Shown: in pieces, positions 1 through 13,000 of the stretch
Position numbering within the stretch: position 1 is the stretch's first letter
Layout: each line of letters begins with the position of its first letter
Assembly (NCBI GenBank): GCA_040954595.2
Contig: CM082579.2
Span: 2,658,345 to 2,722,344 of the forward strand
Length of the DNA stretch: 64,000 nucleotides
From: Balanoglossus misakiensis
Taxonomy: Eukaryota; Animalia; Hemichordata
Reading direction: 5' to 3'
Position numbers and translations under genes: made by a program
Notes under the pieces: generated by a model
Databases searched by the model: none
Seen by the model: the letters and a program-made list of their open reading frames with translations, nothing else
What the model was told of the DNA's origin: nothing

Positions 1-1892
1 TGCTCAAATTCTTCCGCTTGCATCTGCAATCCAAGCTTTTCTACAGTTCTCCCTGTGTAGATGGGATTTTCATGATAATTCATGTGTATATGAACCTGGC
101 ACATTGTAAACAGTAGAGTGCATTTATGAAATGTTAACAGATCCCTACAACGCCATTCTCCGTTTCTGCACGCCTTGTACATTCTAGGATATCCTCGTGG
201 TATAATTTACAGCGTGCCCGCACAACCAGATGAAATTTCATCTTCCCAAGGTCAACCTAGGTCATACACACTACTACAGCTACTTATTCATTGGCCACCA
301 ATGTGGGACACCTCACAGGGACGATGACTGACCTTTTTCTTCTGCGGTCAATACTAGTATTCGTCATAAATATTTGTGATATGTCATAATTATGAATTTG
401 TGACATAACTATCAATGGTTTCCACAGCATACACACTGAATCTTGCCAGAGAGCTGACAATATGTGTGTTTGGATTTCCAGACAAGGAGATATACAAAAT
501 GGCATGATTGACCTTGGGTTGGACAGATACATAATTTCCTATGGGGCCACGGAGCAATTTATGGATTAATGCATCCACAAACTAATCTGTTGAACAGAGC
601 AATTCTAATTCCGACACTGGCGAAAATCAATAGAAATATCAATAAAGACAAGCACGCTGGCCATGAAAAGCAAATATGAAGTGTATTGTTTGGATAAAAT
701 AATGGAATACAGTTCTGTCATAATAATATTAAGGCCTGGCTTTAATTCTATATGCAAGTCAGCAGTTTTGCATATGTTTGACACAGTCACTGCAATGCAT
801 TGTGGGATAAAATCACAAACAATAGAAAATTTTGCACTATTATAAAACTATAGATGTGTCAAACACATAAACAATACAATTCACACCCACTGAAACTGTT
901 GTCCATGCCCTGGACAATGATGGAATGTCATTTACTAAGCTGGTTCTCCAGGCAAGGTTGTCATGTTACGTCCACATAGGGCAAATATGACCTACTTAAT
1001 TATCTTGATTTATAGTTGATCCATTGCCAGGTGGCAAAGCATCCTTTATTGCCAGGTGGCCCAAGTAACCTTATTACACTCACTGTACAACAACAGAAGA
1101 AATTCCTGTAATGTTAGTTATATTTTCATCACTCGTAATTGCGTTATCAAATGTTCAATTTGATTAGCAGATGCTTTCCTAAACAAGTAACAGAACATTA
1201 GTATTTGTCTAGAGCTATAACTGCTGCATTGAGATACAACGTGGCAGAACATCTTTATTATCGCCGCAACCATTTAATCTTCAGGTGGGGCTGAACAACC
1301 CTCATCTGTGATGTTTTAGGTAACCCCAACCAAGGCGATTCACCATGCTTGATGATGTCATTGTGTAATTTAAATCACCAAACACTTTACTGTAGGTACT
1401 TAACTGTATTGTGTATACCCGGCATAGATGGTCCCTTTAAATTGCCACTATGTGGACTGCTGTCAAATTTGGCCTTGATTAGCTGATAGAAATCGCTGTA
1501 AGGGATTTATATCAAATGCCGGCTACACTTCAATCTCACAACCGATAATATATGCGGTGAGTCATTCGGTATTCTTTAGACATGACATGTCTCCAATATT
1601 TGCCTTAGATTTGCCGGTAATCCGTCCCACTGTCAACGGCTCCAAGCATCAGCCTGCCACTCCCACCGATCGGCAAAAAATAAACATCCTATCCCTACAA
1701 CACGGAACCCCGTGTAGCGACTTCCTCCCAGATTGAAACTCCACCGGGTTGTGAAATCTCAAGTGAGGGGCGAGTCGGTTCACGGAGAAAGGATACCCTC
1801 CACACGATGAGGTCAACCCAACCCAAACAAATTAGCCCATCTCCAAGTTCAATAAGGTCAATTCCTGCACGAGACGCCGGGCGTTTACTCAC

Positions 1893-2161
1893 CATGTATC
1901 CTCATCGCCTTCATTTTCAGACTCTATATTTAGTTCATCAACAGCGTCTATGCTTAAGTTCGCAAAATCTTTAGTATAAGTGTCTCTGTCCGATTCTGCT
2001 AGCTTGCTGATCTCCTCTGTCGAGTTAGCTTTCATCTCCATGTCTGATTCTAGATTCGTTCTGTTCCGCAGTTGTTCATTTTGTCGTTCTAGTTTCTTTA
2101 CTAAATCCTGTAATTTCTTCACCTGTACTTCAGGATCGCCACCCGAGTCTTTATCTCCCAT
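1893..2161 (-). CDS. SLAIN2: SLAIN motif-containing protein, first coding exon; gene continues beyond the window start
   Basis: MGDKDSGGDPEVQVKKLQDLVKKLERQNEQLRNR matches the SLAIN1/2 N-terminal coiled coil ([22 protein letters not shown]). The exon ends at DEDTW with a TG|GTGAGT donor at 1892. Assignment to SLAIN1 or SLAIN2 is not meaningful here. Confidence 0.85.
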
Positions 2162-2254
2162 AATAAAAAAAGAAAAAAAATCTCCAAATCCTCTGCGATT
2201 ATCCGTGGGAACAACAATATTTCCTTGGGACAAATGTCACTTCCAGTAGATGAT

Positions 2255-2340
2255 CTCCGCCATTTTCGGAAATAAACAACGCACGCGCAGATCAAATCCA
2301 GACGGTGAAACAAATGAGCATCCGCCATTTGAGATGTTTG
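2255..2340 (-). promoter_or_regulatory. Probable SLAIN promoter/TSS region with YY1-like motifs
   Basis: Two CCGCCATTT motifs (about 2257 and 2322) in a CpG-richer patch directly upstream of the SLAIN ATG. Confidence 0.45.
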
Positions 2341-3465
2341 AAATGGACATTGTATGGCGCCACCAACGAACGTAAAATGTTTTTTCATCGACAGGAATAT
2401 GTTCTGAATACAATATCTTTTCTTGTTTTACTTTTTGTTCGTGTGTATTGTTGTTGTTGCTGTTACTACATACTTGCCATTTGAAAACAGAAACACACAG
2501 ACAGCATCATCAGTGCACACATATATTTTAATATCCATACGGCGAAATGATACATTCTCTAAAAAAAATCTCTTTACAATGATGGAAGAATGTCCATAAA
2601 ATTCCTCACTGCGTAGTGAAATTTTGTTTTCAGTATAATCATAATTGTTTTCAAATACTACATAAAAAGTAAAGCTATAACAAGTCTAATGGAAACTTAA
2701 TACTTGAAGACTTAAATAACCCTGTTTCATCTCTCTGCCTCTGTGAAAGTCTCTTCTACGAAATTCAACAAGCTCACCACTGCTTGTCAAATTTTGAAGA
2801 AGAAAAAAAATACATTTGCCTGTAAATTTCACAAAAGAAGATTTTCTGAGCAATGCAAATTGGAAACCTTTGATTTTGTAAATAATACATCACTTTGTCA
2901 CTAAAAAGGAATATTCTTGGATTCAAGATCAGTCCCAAGCAAATATCAACATGAAAAGAATACAGACTCTTAACATTAACACAAGTGTAACTGTATCAGT
3001 ATACACACATGGAAGGGATTAGAGAAATAATGCAATTCAATGGAATTTCACATTACAAACCGAGGGAATTATCTGAATTACACTCTGATGATGTTGTGCT
3101 CATATACAAAGAAACAGAGGGTATTACAAAGAAGACAAACAGATATAACTATGAAAGGTATATTCCAAAAAATATAAATCAGTTATCAACTTATCAGCCT
3201 CTGGCAAAAATGCTACAAAAATTGTAATATATAACTGGGTATGGCACATAAACTCAAAAGTCCATTAGCTGTAACTTTTGCAAACATTTTCAACACAAAT
3301 TCATGTATTCTGCAAGTTTTACATGAGGATGAGGCCTCTGGCAAGAATGTAAAGAGTGTGGTAAGTGATTGTAGTTAATATATATATTGTTAAATGATGG
3401 AAATCAAACTGGGAGACTGCTAAGTAAATTTAGTTTTATACATGAAGAGAAACAAAGGAATGTCT

Positions 3466-4474
3466 CTAAGATTTCATGACCAGTGGAATGATGCCTGAAC
3501 TAGCACACGCAATGTACAGAGACAGCAGTGCTATACCGAACATCAAGATCATCAGTTTCCGGACACCCAGACTGTCCACAAACTCCCACCACACATTCTT
3601 GGCAAGAATGAGCGTGTTCTGTGAGACGGTGTTGTTGCCATCCATGAGAGCACTGTCTCTGGACTGGCGGAACTTGTCGTGCATCTTCCCTAGTAGCATG
3701 ACGGCACCTCTCTTTCCCGTCCGCTTTGTGAGTTTGCGGAGTAGTGCCAGCACTTCCTTGTCCACTCCTCTCCTCTCTGCCATCGTCAGGGGAGTCAGAC
3801 CATGCTTGTTGCTGTGGAAACAATGAGCAAAATCCAATTATCATGCACACACCTGAGCATGTGTATAGTTACTGAAGATCTATTTTACTCACCATATGAT
3901 ATAGCTGCAGTTCAGTAGCCCGAGGTTTTGTGTGTGGGCGGCAAGCCATAAACCAACAGACAAAACCTCGAGCTACTGAACTGCAGCTACAGATGATATA
4001 CTAAGTACTAGAAGCTCTGTGTTTATGTACACTGAGTGCAGAATGCATGACAGGTGATCATCAAGAGAAATCAACATTTTTTACAAACACTTACATGTAT
4101 TGTACATAGAAAATTGATACTCACATCTGATTCGCTTGGGCGCCGTGTTCAGTCAAGAAATGGACTGTTTCGATGTGTCCGCACATATGCAGGGGAGTAT
4201 TTCCAAGGTTATCTGCCGCTGTGACGTCGCATCCATAATCATCCAGAATACGTAAACATTCTGCGCTTCCCCTGCAAGACGCCAAGTGGGCCGCATTTCT
4301 TCCGCGGTGATCCGTTAGGTTGGGATCGAACCCACTTCCAAGAAGCTGTTTCAACCTTTCAACGTCGCCTTCCGCACATGCTTGGATAATCAGAGGAGTT
4401 GTATTCGAATTGGATTCATCGCTGAAGCCCATTAATGGAGACTGCTCTGAGGTATCATCAACCTCTACCTCCAT
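3466..4474 (-). CDS. ANKRD46: Ankyrin repeat domain protein 46 (coding exons 4125-4474 and 3466-3811)
   Basis: PLIIQACAEGD...GFDPNLTDHRGRNAAHLA...GNTPLHMCGHIETVHFL ankyrin repeats. An AT|GTGAGT donor and TTTCCACAG acceptor join in frame to NKHGLTPLTMAERRGVDKEV. C-terminal WWEFVDSLG plus a TM helix, as in ANKRD46. Confidence 0.9.
3902..3989. repeat. Palindromic hairpin element (about 37-bp arms) in the ANKRD46 intron
   Basis: TAGCTGCAGTTCAGTAGCCCGAGGTTTTGTGTGTGGG ... CCAACAGACAAAACCTCGAGCTACTGAACTGCAGCTA. The arms are complementary with about 3 mismatches. Confidence 0.9.
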
Positions 4475-4659
4475 CTTGGGTCTGCCTTCATCTGCCTGTT
4501 GTGGCTGTTAAATCATCTGTCGTCACTCCTCTGATGAAAGTAAATAAAAATACCAAACACATAAAGTCATGATTCTTGGGCGAGTTTAGATAGGCAAAAA
4601 AGCCAAGGGTATGAGAAACTATGAAACTGTTTTAGGCCCTGATTAAAATAAATTAACGT

Positions 4660-4790
4660 ATGAAAATTATACTTCGTCACTTGACGAATAAAACAATATT
4701 TTAACCGGAAGTTGGGGAGTATGTCCAGTAAACGGATGCGTTGCATTGCAAAATGGCTGCCTACATAGTGAAATTTTTTTGGTAAGTGAT
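4660..4790. promoter_or_regulatory. Probable bidirectional promoter shared by ANKRD46 and the F-box/LRR gene
   Basis: ETS-like ACCGGAAGT (about 4704), YY1-like AAAATGGCTGC (about 4750) and a + strand GTAAGT donor at 4782, all between two divergent genes whose ATGs are under 700 bp apart. Confidence 0.5.
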
Positions 4791-5147
4791 GATATAACTT
4801 GTAATACGTTCTTCTGCCATAATATACCCCCACAGCCTTTGTAGTTAAATTGAGTTATCTGACAGCACCGTTGTGTGAAGTAGAAAAGTGGTATATTGCC
4901 AGGTTTAGTGAATACTGTCTGGTAGTAAGGTCTGCTAGACGATTTAAATACCATCATCACCATTAGTTGTTGCCAGTCTCAGTCTGGGAGTTGTGTTCTA
5001 GGGTGATACATTCTTATAACTGAAGTACAGTGTATACAATTCTTGTTGTAAATAGATGGATGTTTCTCTTCCTAAAATAAAGCAGTTTTGTCGTTTATTT
5101 ACATAAAGAAAGAAGTGCAAGCAAGAATGGGTTGAGTCAGAACTGAA

Positions 5148-8100
5148 ATGGATGGTGCCAGTATCAATAACTTTGATCCACCTTACCACTTGAAGAATGA
5201 AGCAAGCGGTAGACCTGCAGCAAATTCCCTCATCACCGGTACAGAAAGAGTTGACCTGACAACAAGTAGGGATGTCAATGAGAATCACGCAGAGACAGAG
5301 CATATCAACCCAAGTACTATTCCGGATGTGTATGATATAGGAGGGGCCAGGGGTCCGCCTGATCTTGATCATTGGCAGCTATCTCAAGAAAATTCAGGCA
5401 GTGACACCTCATCCTCAAAGTGCTTCAACCTTGGTCTTCTACGCCTAAAACACTCCACAAAACACTCACTGAATTCAGGAAATCTAGAGAGTGTCACCAT
5501 TAAACAGAGGTTGGAAGCCCTCCTTGCAGGAACAGAAGACGGCCAGTCTGATTTTTTGAACTTGAATTTCTCTGAAAGTGAGTCGTCGGACACCTCAGAA
5601 GCTGTGAACTCTGAAGGAACCACCCCAACTCTCTCTAAGGAAAGCACTCTATTAAAGGGAGCTTTTCCAAGTGCAATAAACCAAGAGAACGAACTTGCAA
5701 AAATGAACAACGAGTGTTTTATAAATGATGACAGAGATGTTCCCTTTGCGCATAGAACAGTGCCCCCATCAGATGTTCTGGAACATGATGAGGAGAGTCA
5801 GTACTTGAAAGAGATGCAACTTGATGTCGGTGATCTTGACGAGGAGGTTCTGAGCGAGGAGTCTCTGAGTGCCTCATCAAAAATACTCCAGGAATTAGTC
5901 ATTCGAGGAAGTGACATTGAACATTTATCAGCAGAAGAGCAATCCCAATTTCAGGTTGTGTGCCCCAAAGACTGGCATATTGAGGATGTTAGCTCAGAAG
6001 GCTTTGTTGAGAACAATGTCCAAGAACCACATTTATGCAAATTGCCTGATTTTACAGGGACGCCGCCAATGGATGAACACAATGTGAATGATGGAGCTGT
6101 TCTTTGCAATGGACAGATGCAATCAAATTCAGAGGAAGAAAATGAAAATTTATCCCTGGATGACAGTACAGACACTTCTGTATTTTGCCCTGTTGAACTC
6201 TCAACTCAAGAATGCACATCTACACCAGCTACCTCAACAGGATGGATACCATTACCAGTACCAAAGTTTCACTTTCTCGCAATGGAAGAATTCTGGGAAA
6301 GCAATCCAGCAACGGAAGCGGGCAAGAGTAGCGATGATCAGGAAAGCATGTGTATCTCCCAGTCTTGGCCTGGAGTTTCCCACAGTCACCGGCTCCTAAG
6401 GAGAAGGCAGCTCTCCCAGCATGAAAGCAGACGGATATCTGCAAGTGCTTCCGTGGGCGTCAAGCAAAGTTTGGGTGTCTCGATGTCCAAGTGTGGGATC
6501 GAAAATTCACATCGCTCAGAGGGAGAGTGTGAACATGCTGCAGACAAGACCAAGACTCTGTCATCCTTTTGTAGCAGTTGTGATTCAAGTGGGGATTACT
6601 GGCCGGAAACTTTTCCTGAAGTCGAGTGTGCTGAAGACTATACACATGGAGACAGGTTGACTGTTTCAAGACTGAGTGGTCCACTTGAAAATGGTAATGG
6701 CAGTGCTGCTGGAGATTCTACGCACACAATCGACAATGACAGACTTAGCGAAGACGAGGGAGCGAGCCAGGAACTGTTTTTTGATTCTCTTCCCACAGAA
6801 ATTACCATGAATATTTACTCTTATTTGACAATCAGGGAGCTGCTTTTATATGTTGCTCCCGTGTGTCGGAAGTGGTACGAAACGGCCCACGACCCGGTGC
6901 TGTGGAAACACTTCGTCATTCACCCATCTGAGAACATTGACTCCTACGAGCTCTGCAAGATCATCAGGAGGGCCACCCTGCTGAAACATTTGAGTCTGAG
7001 GGCTCGGGAGGATCTCAACATCACAGAGATCAAAATGCTCACTGTCCACTGTATGCATTTACAGAGCTTGAACTTGGGATTCTGTGACAATGTCAATGAG
7101 AAGATCATTGACGTGATCACGCAGAACTGCAAGAACTTGCAGAGCTTGAATGTGGAAGGCTGTGAGCGGATAACCGATACGTGTATCTCGTACTTGGCTT
7201 TGCTGCCAAAGTTGAGGTCACTCAACATGTCCCACTGCATCAAGGTGACTGATCCTGGAATTATCAATCTGGCAGTTCTGTGTGAAAGCATAGAAGAGCT
7301 CAATATTGATGGAATCCCGTGGATCACTGACAAGTAAGTTAGAGAGATTGTTAGGTTGTCTCTGATTGGTCAATGTGGATACATAATACAATCATAAAAA
7401 TGTCACTGATTGGCTACTTGGTGTATGGACTGAGGTGCATACTTAGACTAAGTTGTCTTTGATTGGCTTAAACCACTCTGCAAGCAAGCAAGTCATGTAT
7501 GTTACTGTGCTTGTACTGAACATTTCATATCTTCCCCTACAGTGCCATAAAACTGCTGGCCACAGAAAGACAACACATCTTGAAAGCTGTGTATCTCGAT
7601 GGTGCTGAAATGACAGACGTTACAGTGGAATATATTTCTCAGTGCAAGAATTTAGAAGTCTTCAGTGTCTCCTTTGCTGAACAGTTTACAGATTCATCGC
7701 TGCAGTATCTTAAGGTTGGTCATGACGACCTTTAACTTTTTTTCTCCATCAGAGGCAATATAAGGGTCAATGGTACCATAACTAACAAAGTGAAAACAAG
7801 CTTACCCTACCAGCTTATGCTATTAGTTTTACCATTGATAGGACTTTACTGGAATGATGACACTGTACACCACAAAATCAACACTAACTGTCCACAAATT
7901 TTGATCAAATTGCACTGAATTCTCTGCAGTCATTGAAAAATCTTCGACATCTGCGACTGAAGAGAGGAGTCGAATACTCAGACAAAGCCATGACTGAGAT
8001 GTTCCTCTGCCCTAATTTACATCAGTTGACTCACTTGACCTTGGCTGAGTGCTCAGAACTCAGTGATAGAGCACTTGAACACATTGCCAAAGGGTAAGTT

Positions 8101-8876
8101 CATTGAAATTAATGTAAAGATATTTTTCACCAAGGAATGGTTGTGGGCTTAGTGGCAACTTTATTGCATTTACCAGTTTGCGGGCAGTTTCAGTCTCTCT
8201 CGAAAATAATAATTTTGTATTCCACTTGACTACTTTCATGAATTCTTAAATTTTCAGGTGTAAGAAACTGCATCACTTGGCCCTGTGTTGGTGTTGGGAC
8301 ATCACTGAAAATGGACTTGTGCATGTAATTGACAACTGCAGGTAAGTGGACCACTGTATTCTTTTGTTCGTCTGTCTGTCTGTCCCTGACCCTCCGACTC
8401 TCTTCCTCTGTCCCTGTGCATGTTTCTCTAAATAAACTGAAATGATCCTTTCCAAAGTAGACAGGAGAGTTTTTAAAAATTCATTGAGCAAGTGAAAAGA
8501 GTGCAAAATTGTTTTTACTTATCCTTTCCATTAACAGTGAGATGGAAACCCTGGATCTGCTTGGATTGGACAAGATCCTAGGAATGTGTCTGATGAGAAT
8601 ACCGGAAAAGATGCCAAGATTACATTTCCTGGATTTACGACAGTGCAACAGGGTTAGTTGCTTTGTATCATGCAGTACCAGTAGTTTACATCTTTCCAAA
8701 CTCTTACTATAGATGTTGTCAACTTTTATTCACTGGTCATTTTAGTTACCCCTGTCTATGTCTGTGTTATTCTGTTTCAGATCTCAGACAGTATGCTGAC
8801 AGATCTGGTGATAAAGAAGAACAATCTGCAGATCATTAATTACTATGGCGATGAAGTGACGCCATATGCTTTGTAG
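5148..8876 (+). CDS. F-box/LRR protein (FBXL family) with a long acidic N-terminus; exons about 5148-7333, 7543-7714, 7930-8093, 8258-8341, 8538-8652, 8781-8876
   Basis: F-box FDSLPTEITMNIYSYLTIRELLLYVAPVCRKWYETAHDPVLWK is followed by cysteine-containing LRRs (LQSLNLGFCDNV, LQSLNVEGCERITD, LRSLNMSHCIKVTD). Downstream GT-AG exons continue the LRRs to ...IINYYGDEVTPYAL*. Confidence 0.85.
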
Positions 8877-10022
8877 GAAAACATCGCATCATGAAACTGG
8901 TTGATACATTATCAGTACTGTAAAAGTGGCAGACTGAAAGACTTTTTCTACTAGGTGTCTTCAAGGAAGCTCATCCTAAACACAACATATTTTTGTGGAC
9001 TGAAGATAATGTACGTTTTAGTACACAACACACAGATTTATTTTCATCTGAAATAAATATTGCATGATTGAATATGCTCACACTCAATATAAATTATTTA
9101 AGTCATAGACTCTTGAGAAAGAAGGGTCTTTTATTGAGTGAAAAAAACTTGAAAACTTTAAACTGCGCGCGAGCCATACGTTACACAGTTTCTATCTGCC
9201 ACCTGCTTGATGCCACCAAGTGGTTCTTGCCAAGTCGAATCATTTCACAAGTGAGATTATTTTACATACTGAAGCTCGGACATCACAACTATACATGTAC
9301 ATAGCCATGAACTTGCGTGTGTTTCACAGTTCAAAGGTCGGCCTATGATACTCAGTAATACATGTAGTATACATTTCCATTAATACCTTTATTCAGTTTA
9401 TAATGGGTTTTTTTCATTAATACATATTTGCATGAAGACAAAAATAAAGCGTTAAAGATTTATCATTTACTGTGGATATAAATCCCTAGGGCTTTATACT
9501 TGACAGCGTTTTGAGTAACCATGGAAAAAGTGGCAGTAATGTTATAGGGCAAATTCCTTTGATAAAATAAAGAAGTAGAAACATTTAAAAGTACTAAAAT
9601 TTCTCTGCATATCTGTTCCAAGAATTCTGTTCTAACAAAATATATTGAATTTTATCTATAATTTTGTTGATTATGTACATGTAGTACTTTATCTTTTATA
9701 AGACATTAATTCTAAGATTGTAGTACTGATTTACTGTAAATTTCCATGTTAGTTTTGGTCAAACGATCAAGCCAACTACTACACACAGGAAGATTAAGTA
9801 AAATGGAAATCACTAGATCATAAAATGTCATCTTGGAAAGTGGAGAAAGACCATGTGAAGTGCATGTACTGGTTCACTAGACTACCGGTTATCTCAAATG
9901 AAATCAACTTTTTTCCCCTTAGAAAGCAGTAACATGCACATGACATGGACATGCAGTCAAAACAATATTGCACCACTCCTGTTATACCAAAGACATCGCC
10001 ATTCTCTATTAGGCTGCACCCG

Positions 10023-13000
10023 CTATATTTTGGTCCGTTGATACTTTTTTGGTTCAGAGCGCCACCAATCGTGAAATCTTATGTTGGTCCACGCCACCTC
10101 GTAGCAGCACGGTTCCGAGAAGAAATAATTATATCCTAGTTTCACTTGAAGGCTGTTCACATTCTCATGCCAGTGCCACATACGGAATCCTTGCTCTTCC
10201 AGCCATTTCAGGATGCTGTATTTCTTACGGAAGCTCTCCCTCTCTTCTCCGAACTTGGGTTTCCAGAGGTGGATTTCAAAGATCAGTTGTTTCACGTACT
10301 GCAGAGTTCCTCTCTCTAACATTTGATACAGAACCTGCCACTCTGATCCTTCTATGTCCATCTTCAAAATGTCAATTTTTTGCTGTAAACAAAAAAAATT
10401 GAAGATTTATACTCAAATTATTGTGTTTACCAAAGACAACATCCTCAAAACTGGTGTTCCTTGTTTTGTGCAATAACACTTATAAAATTTACTTTACTTG
10501 ACTAATGAATGCCAATATCATGGTGTCTAATATTAACATCCTACTGAATATGAATATTTATTCATTCTATTTTCAACACTCACATGTTGATGGCCTATTT
10601 CAGCCATGAGGCCCTCTAGTGTTCTCACTTTCCACTTATCAACATTGGTCGCTACCATCCCCCGTCCGTAATGCGTATCAGAGTTCTTGTCCAGCAGACC
10701 AAAGTTGTGGAACCAGACCCTTTCAGAATGCTTATGGCTTGGTTGGTGTATGCTGGGATCAAATGCAAACACGTCACAGCCATAGGCAGCCATAGCCTCA
10801 TCAAAAGACCAATCATCACCAATTCTATAGATCAACAATTTAAAGAATTAAGATTAGTGAAACATTTGAAATATCTAGAAGGTTGTATTTGTAAATAATG
10901 GACCAACTGGTCCTATTCAAACTTAGCATATGGTAGAATGGTCTGTGATGTGCAATCCAACCTACCCTACAGAATACACCAAACACTTTGTGGAGTTCAA
11001 TCCTTTCTCAGGTTCAAAGCAGACGTCCCAACCACCATCATCATCTCTGTCATGTCCAACATGGTGGGCTTGCTTGCAGTGGAGCTGGTTGTTACGGATG
11101 TATCTCAACAGACGCTGCACTTCACTGTCCCAATCAGGGGAATTATGTTCCTCTGAACCACCAACCCACGGCTGCAATTTGAATTCGGTCTGAAATGTCT
11201 TGAAGGGGAAAAATAGTGTCAGTTTTTAAAATAAATAAGATCTAGGTTAAATTCTCCGACAGCCTAGGTGAAGTCTCTCCAACCTAGCAACATCTGAGTA
11301 GTTGAGGTGACTTGGCTTACTTCATTGTGTCCATCAGCAAAGACATGCGTAGATGGCTGCCAATCCAGTACCTCAGAGTTTTCTTCAGTCAAACTGTCTG
11401 TTTCCTCTCGTAGCTGAAATACACATTACCAACAAAGCTAGATCAGATTGATAAAATTCATACATATATTAGTTTGACTTCTATTCGTTCAAAGTACATT
11501 TAAGTGCATGTATTCACAGTATATTGATCATAAGTAGAGTAAGTACAATATAAATCATTTTAATTCAATTCAAGAAATATCCAGGTAAGATTGTAAAAAA
11601 ACTTGCCTTGACCCAGGTCCCATAGTAACAGCATAATGATTTTCTTCCTTCCTCCTTGGTGTGTGGAATGTAGTTTGAGAATGTCAGACTGAATCCCAGT
11701 ATTTCAAGATTTTGCAGGAGATTGTATTTCTGGAAGACAAAGAAGAGACATTTACTCACTAGGAAACAAAAGTTCTGATCTCTAAAATATGGTTCTATCT
11801 TATCATGCAACTTATTTCTTTGGATTTTTCGACACATAGTTTAAATGTTGTGGGTGGGCTTTTATACAGGAAGCAGCTCATTTCAGACTGGTCCAAGATT
11901 CACACTGATCTATTTTTACTTGGGTCGAAAATAAAAATTCAATATGCCCGTGAATTTATTTGTACAGAAATAGCTTTCAGTCCAGAAGTTTTCTTTCTCT
12001 CACAATATTCCACTACCAGTTCACAAATTTAACACAATGTGTACCTGTTCAAAGCCTGATATTTTCGATGCTCCGGTCGTCTTTTCATTTTGATTCTTGT
12101 CATCAACATCGGCCATGTCTATTCTCAAAAGTAACTGTCTGACATTGTCAAGAACATCTGATTGCAGCACATCTTCGAAATCCAACCAATTATAGTTGGT
12201 GATATCCATCTTCAGCAATTCAACCTACACCAGATAGCAGTCACAAATATTAAAAATTACTTCTACATGCATTCCAAAATTTGTCAACAAATGGATGTCA
12301 GAGAATAACAAACCATTTTGTTACTATGTTGTTACCACTCCACAAGAAAACACTGAAAGATCATGGGACACATGTGTAAAACACCACTTACATCGTTTTT
12401 CTCAAATAAATAATTTGTGAGATGGTTCAGCAAATCTTGTCTCCCTTCTCCGATATCGAGCTCTGAAATTTCACACCTGTCGAAAACTGACCTTAAACTA
12501 CCAATAAGCTTCTTGTCAGTCTTTTTATATGAAGACCTGAAACACAGAGAAAATAGATACTGGCAGATGTTAGCAACAAAAACCACTAATAAATTTAACT
12601 TCTGTTTCAAGTAAAGATATTTTTGATATTTTGACTACCCTTACATTGATTTCCAGAGAAATCAATTGCCATTTCTGAGTGACTGTCCTGGAACTGACAA
12701 AAAAGGCTGCCAGGTTTTCTATAGCAAAACAATATGTGCAGTACATCACAATGCAGTTTCCTGTTTCATGTGTCTATAGCTAACTTTCGACCCAAATGCT
12801 ATTATCACTCACGTTGCCACGACAACTTGACAGTCCGTATGTCTGGGTGTGTCAAGGTTGATTCCTTGGTCCATATCTCTACAGATTTCCCACATAGTGG
12901 ACTCAGTCTGTTTGACCAGCAACCGGTGTTTGCAATCGTATCCAATGTTCATGAAGGTTCGGATCAAACTCAAAGGTACCGCACCCCAAAATGACCCTGG

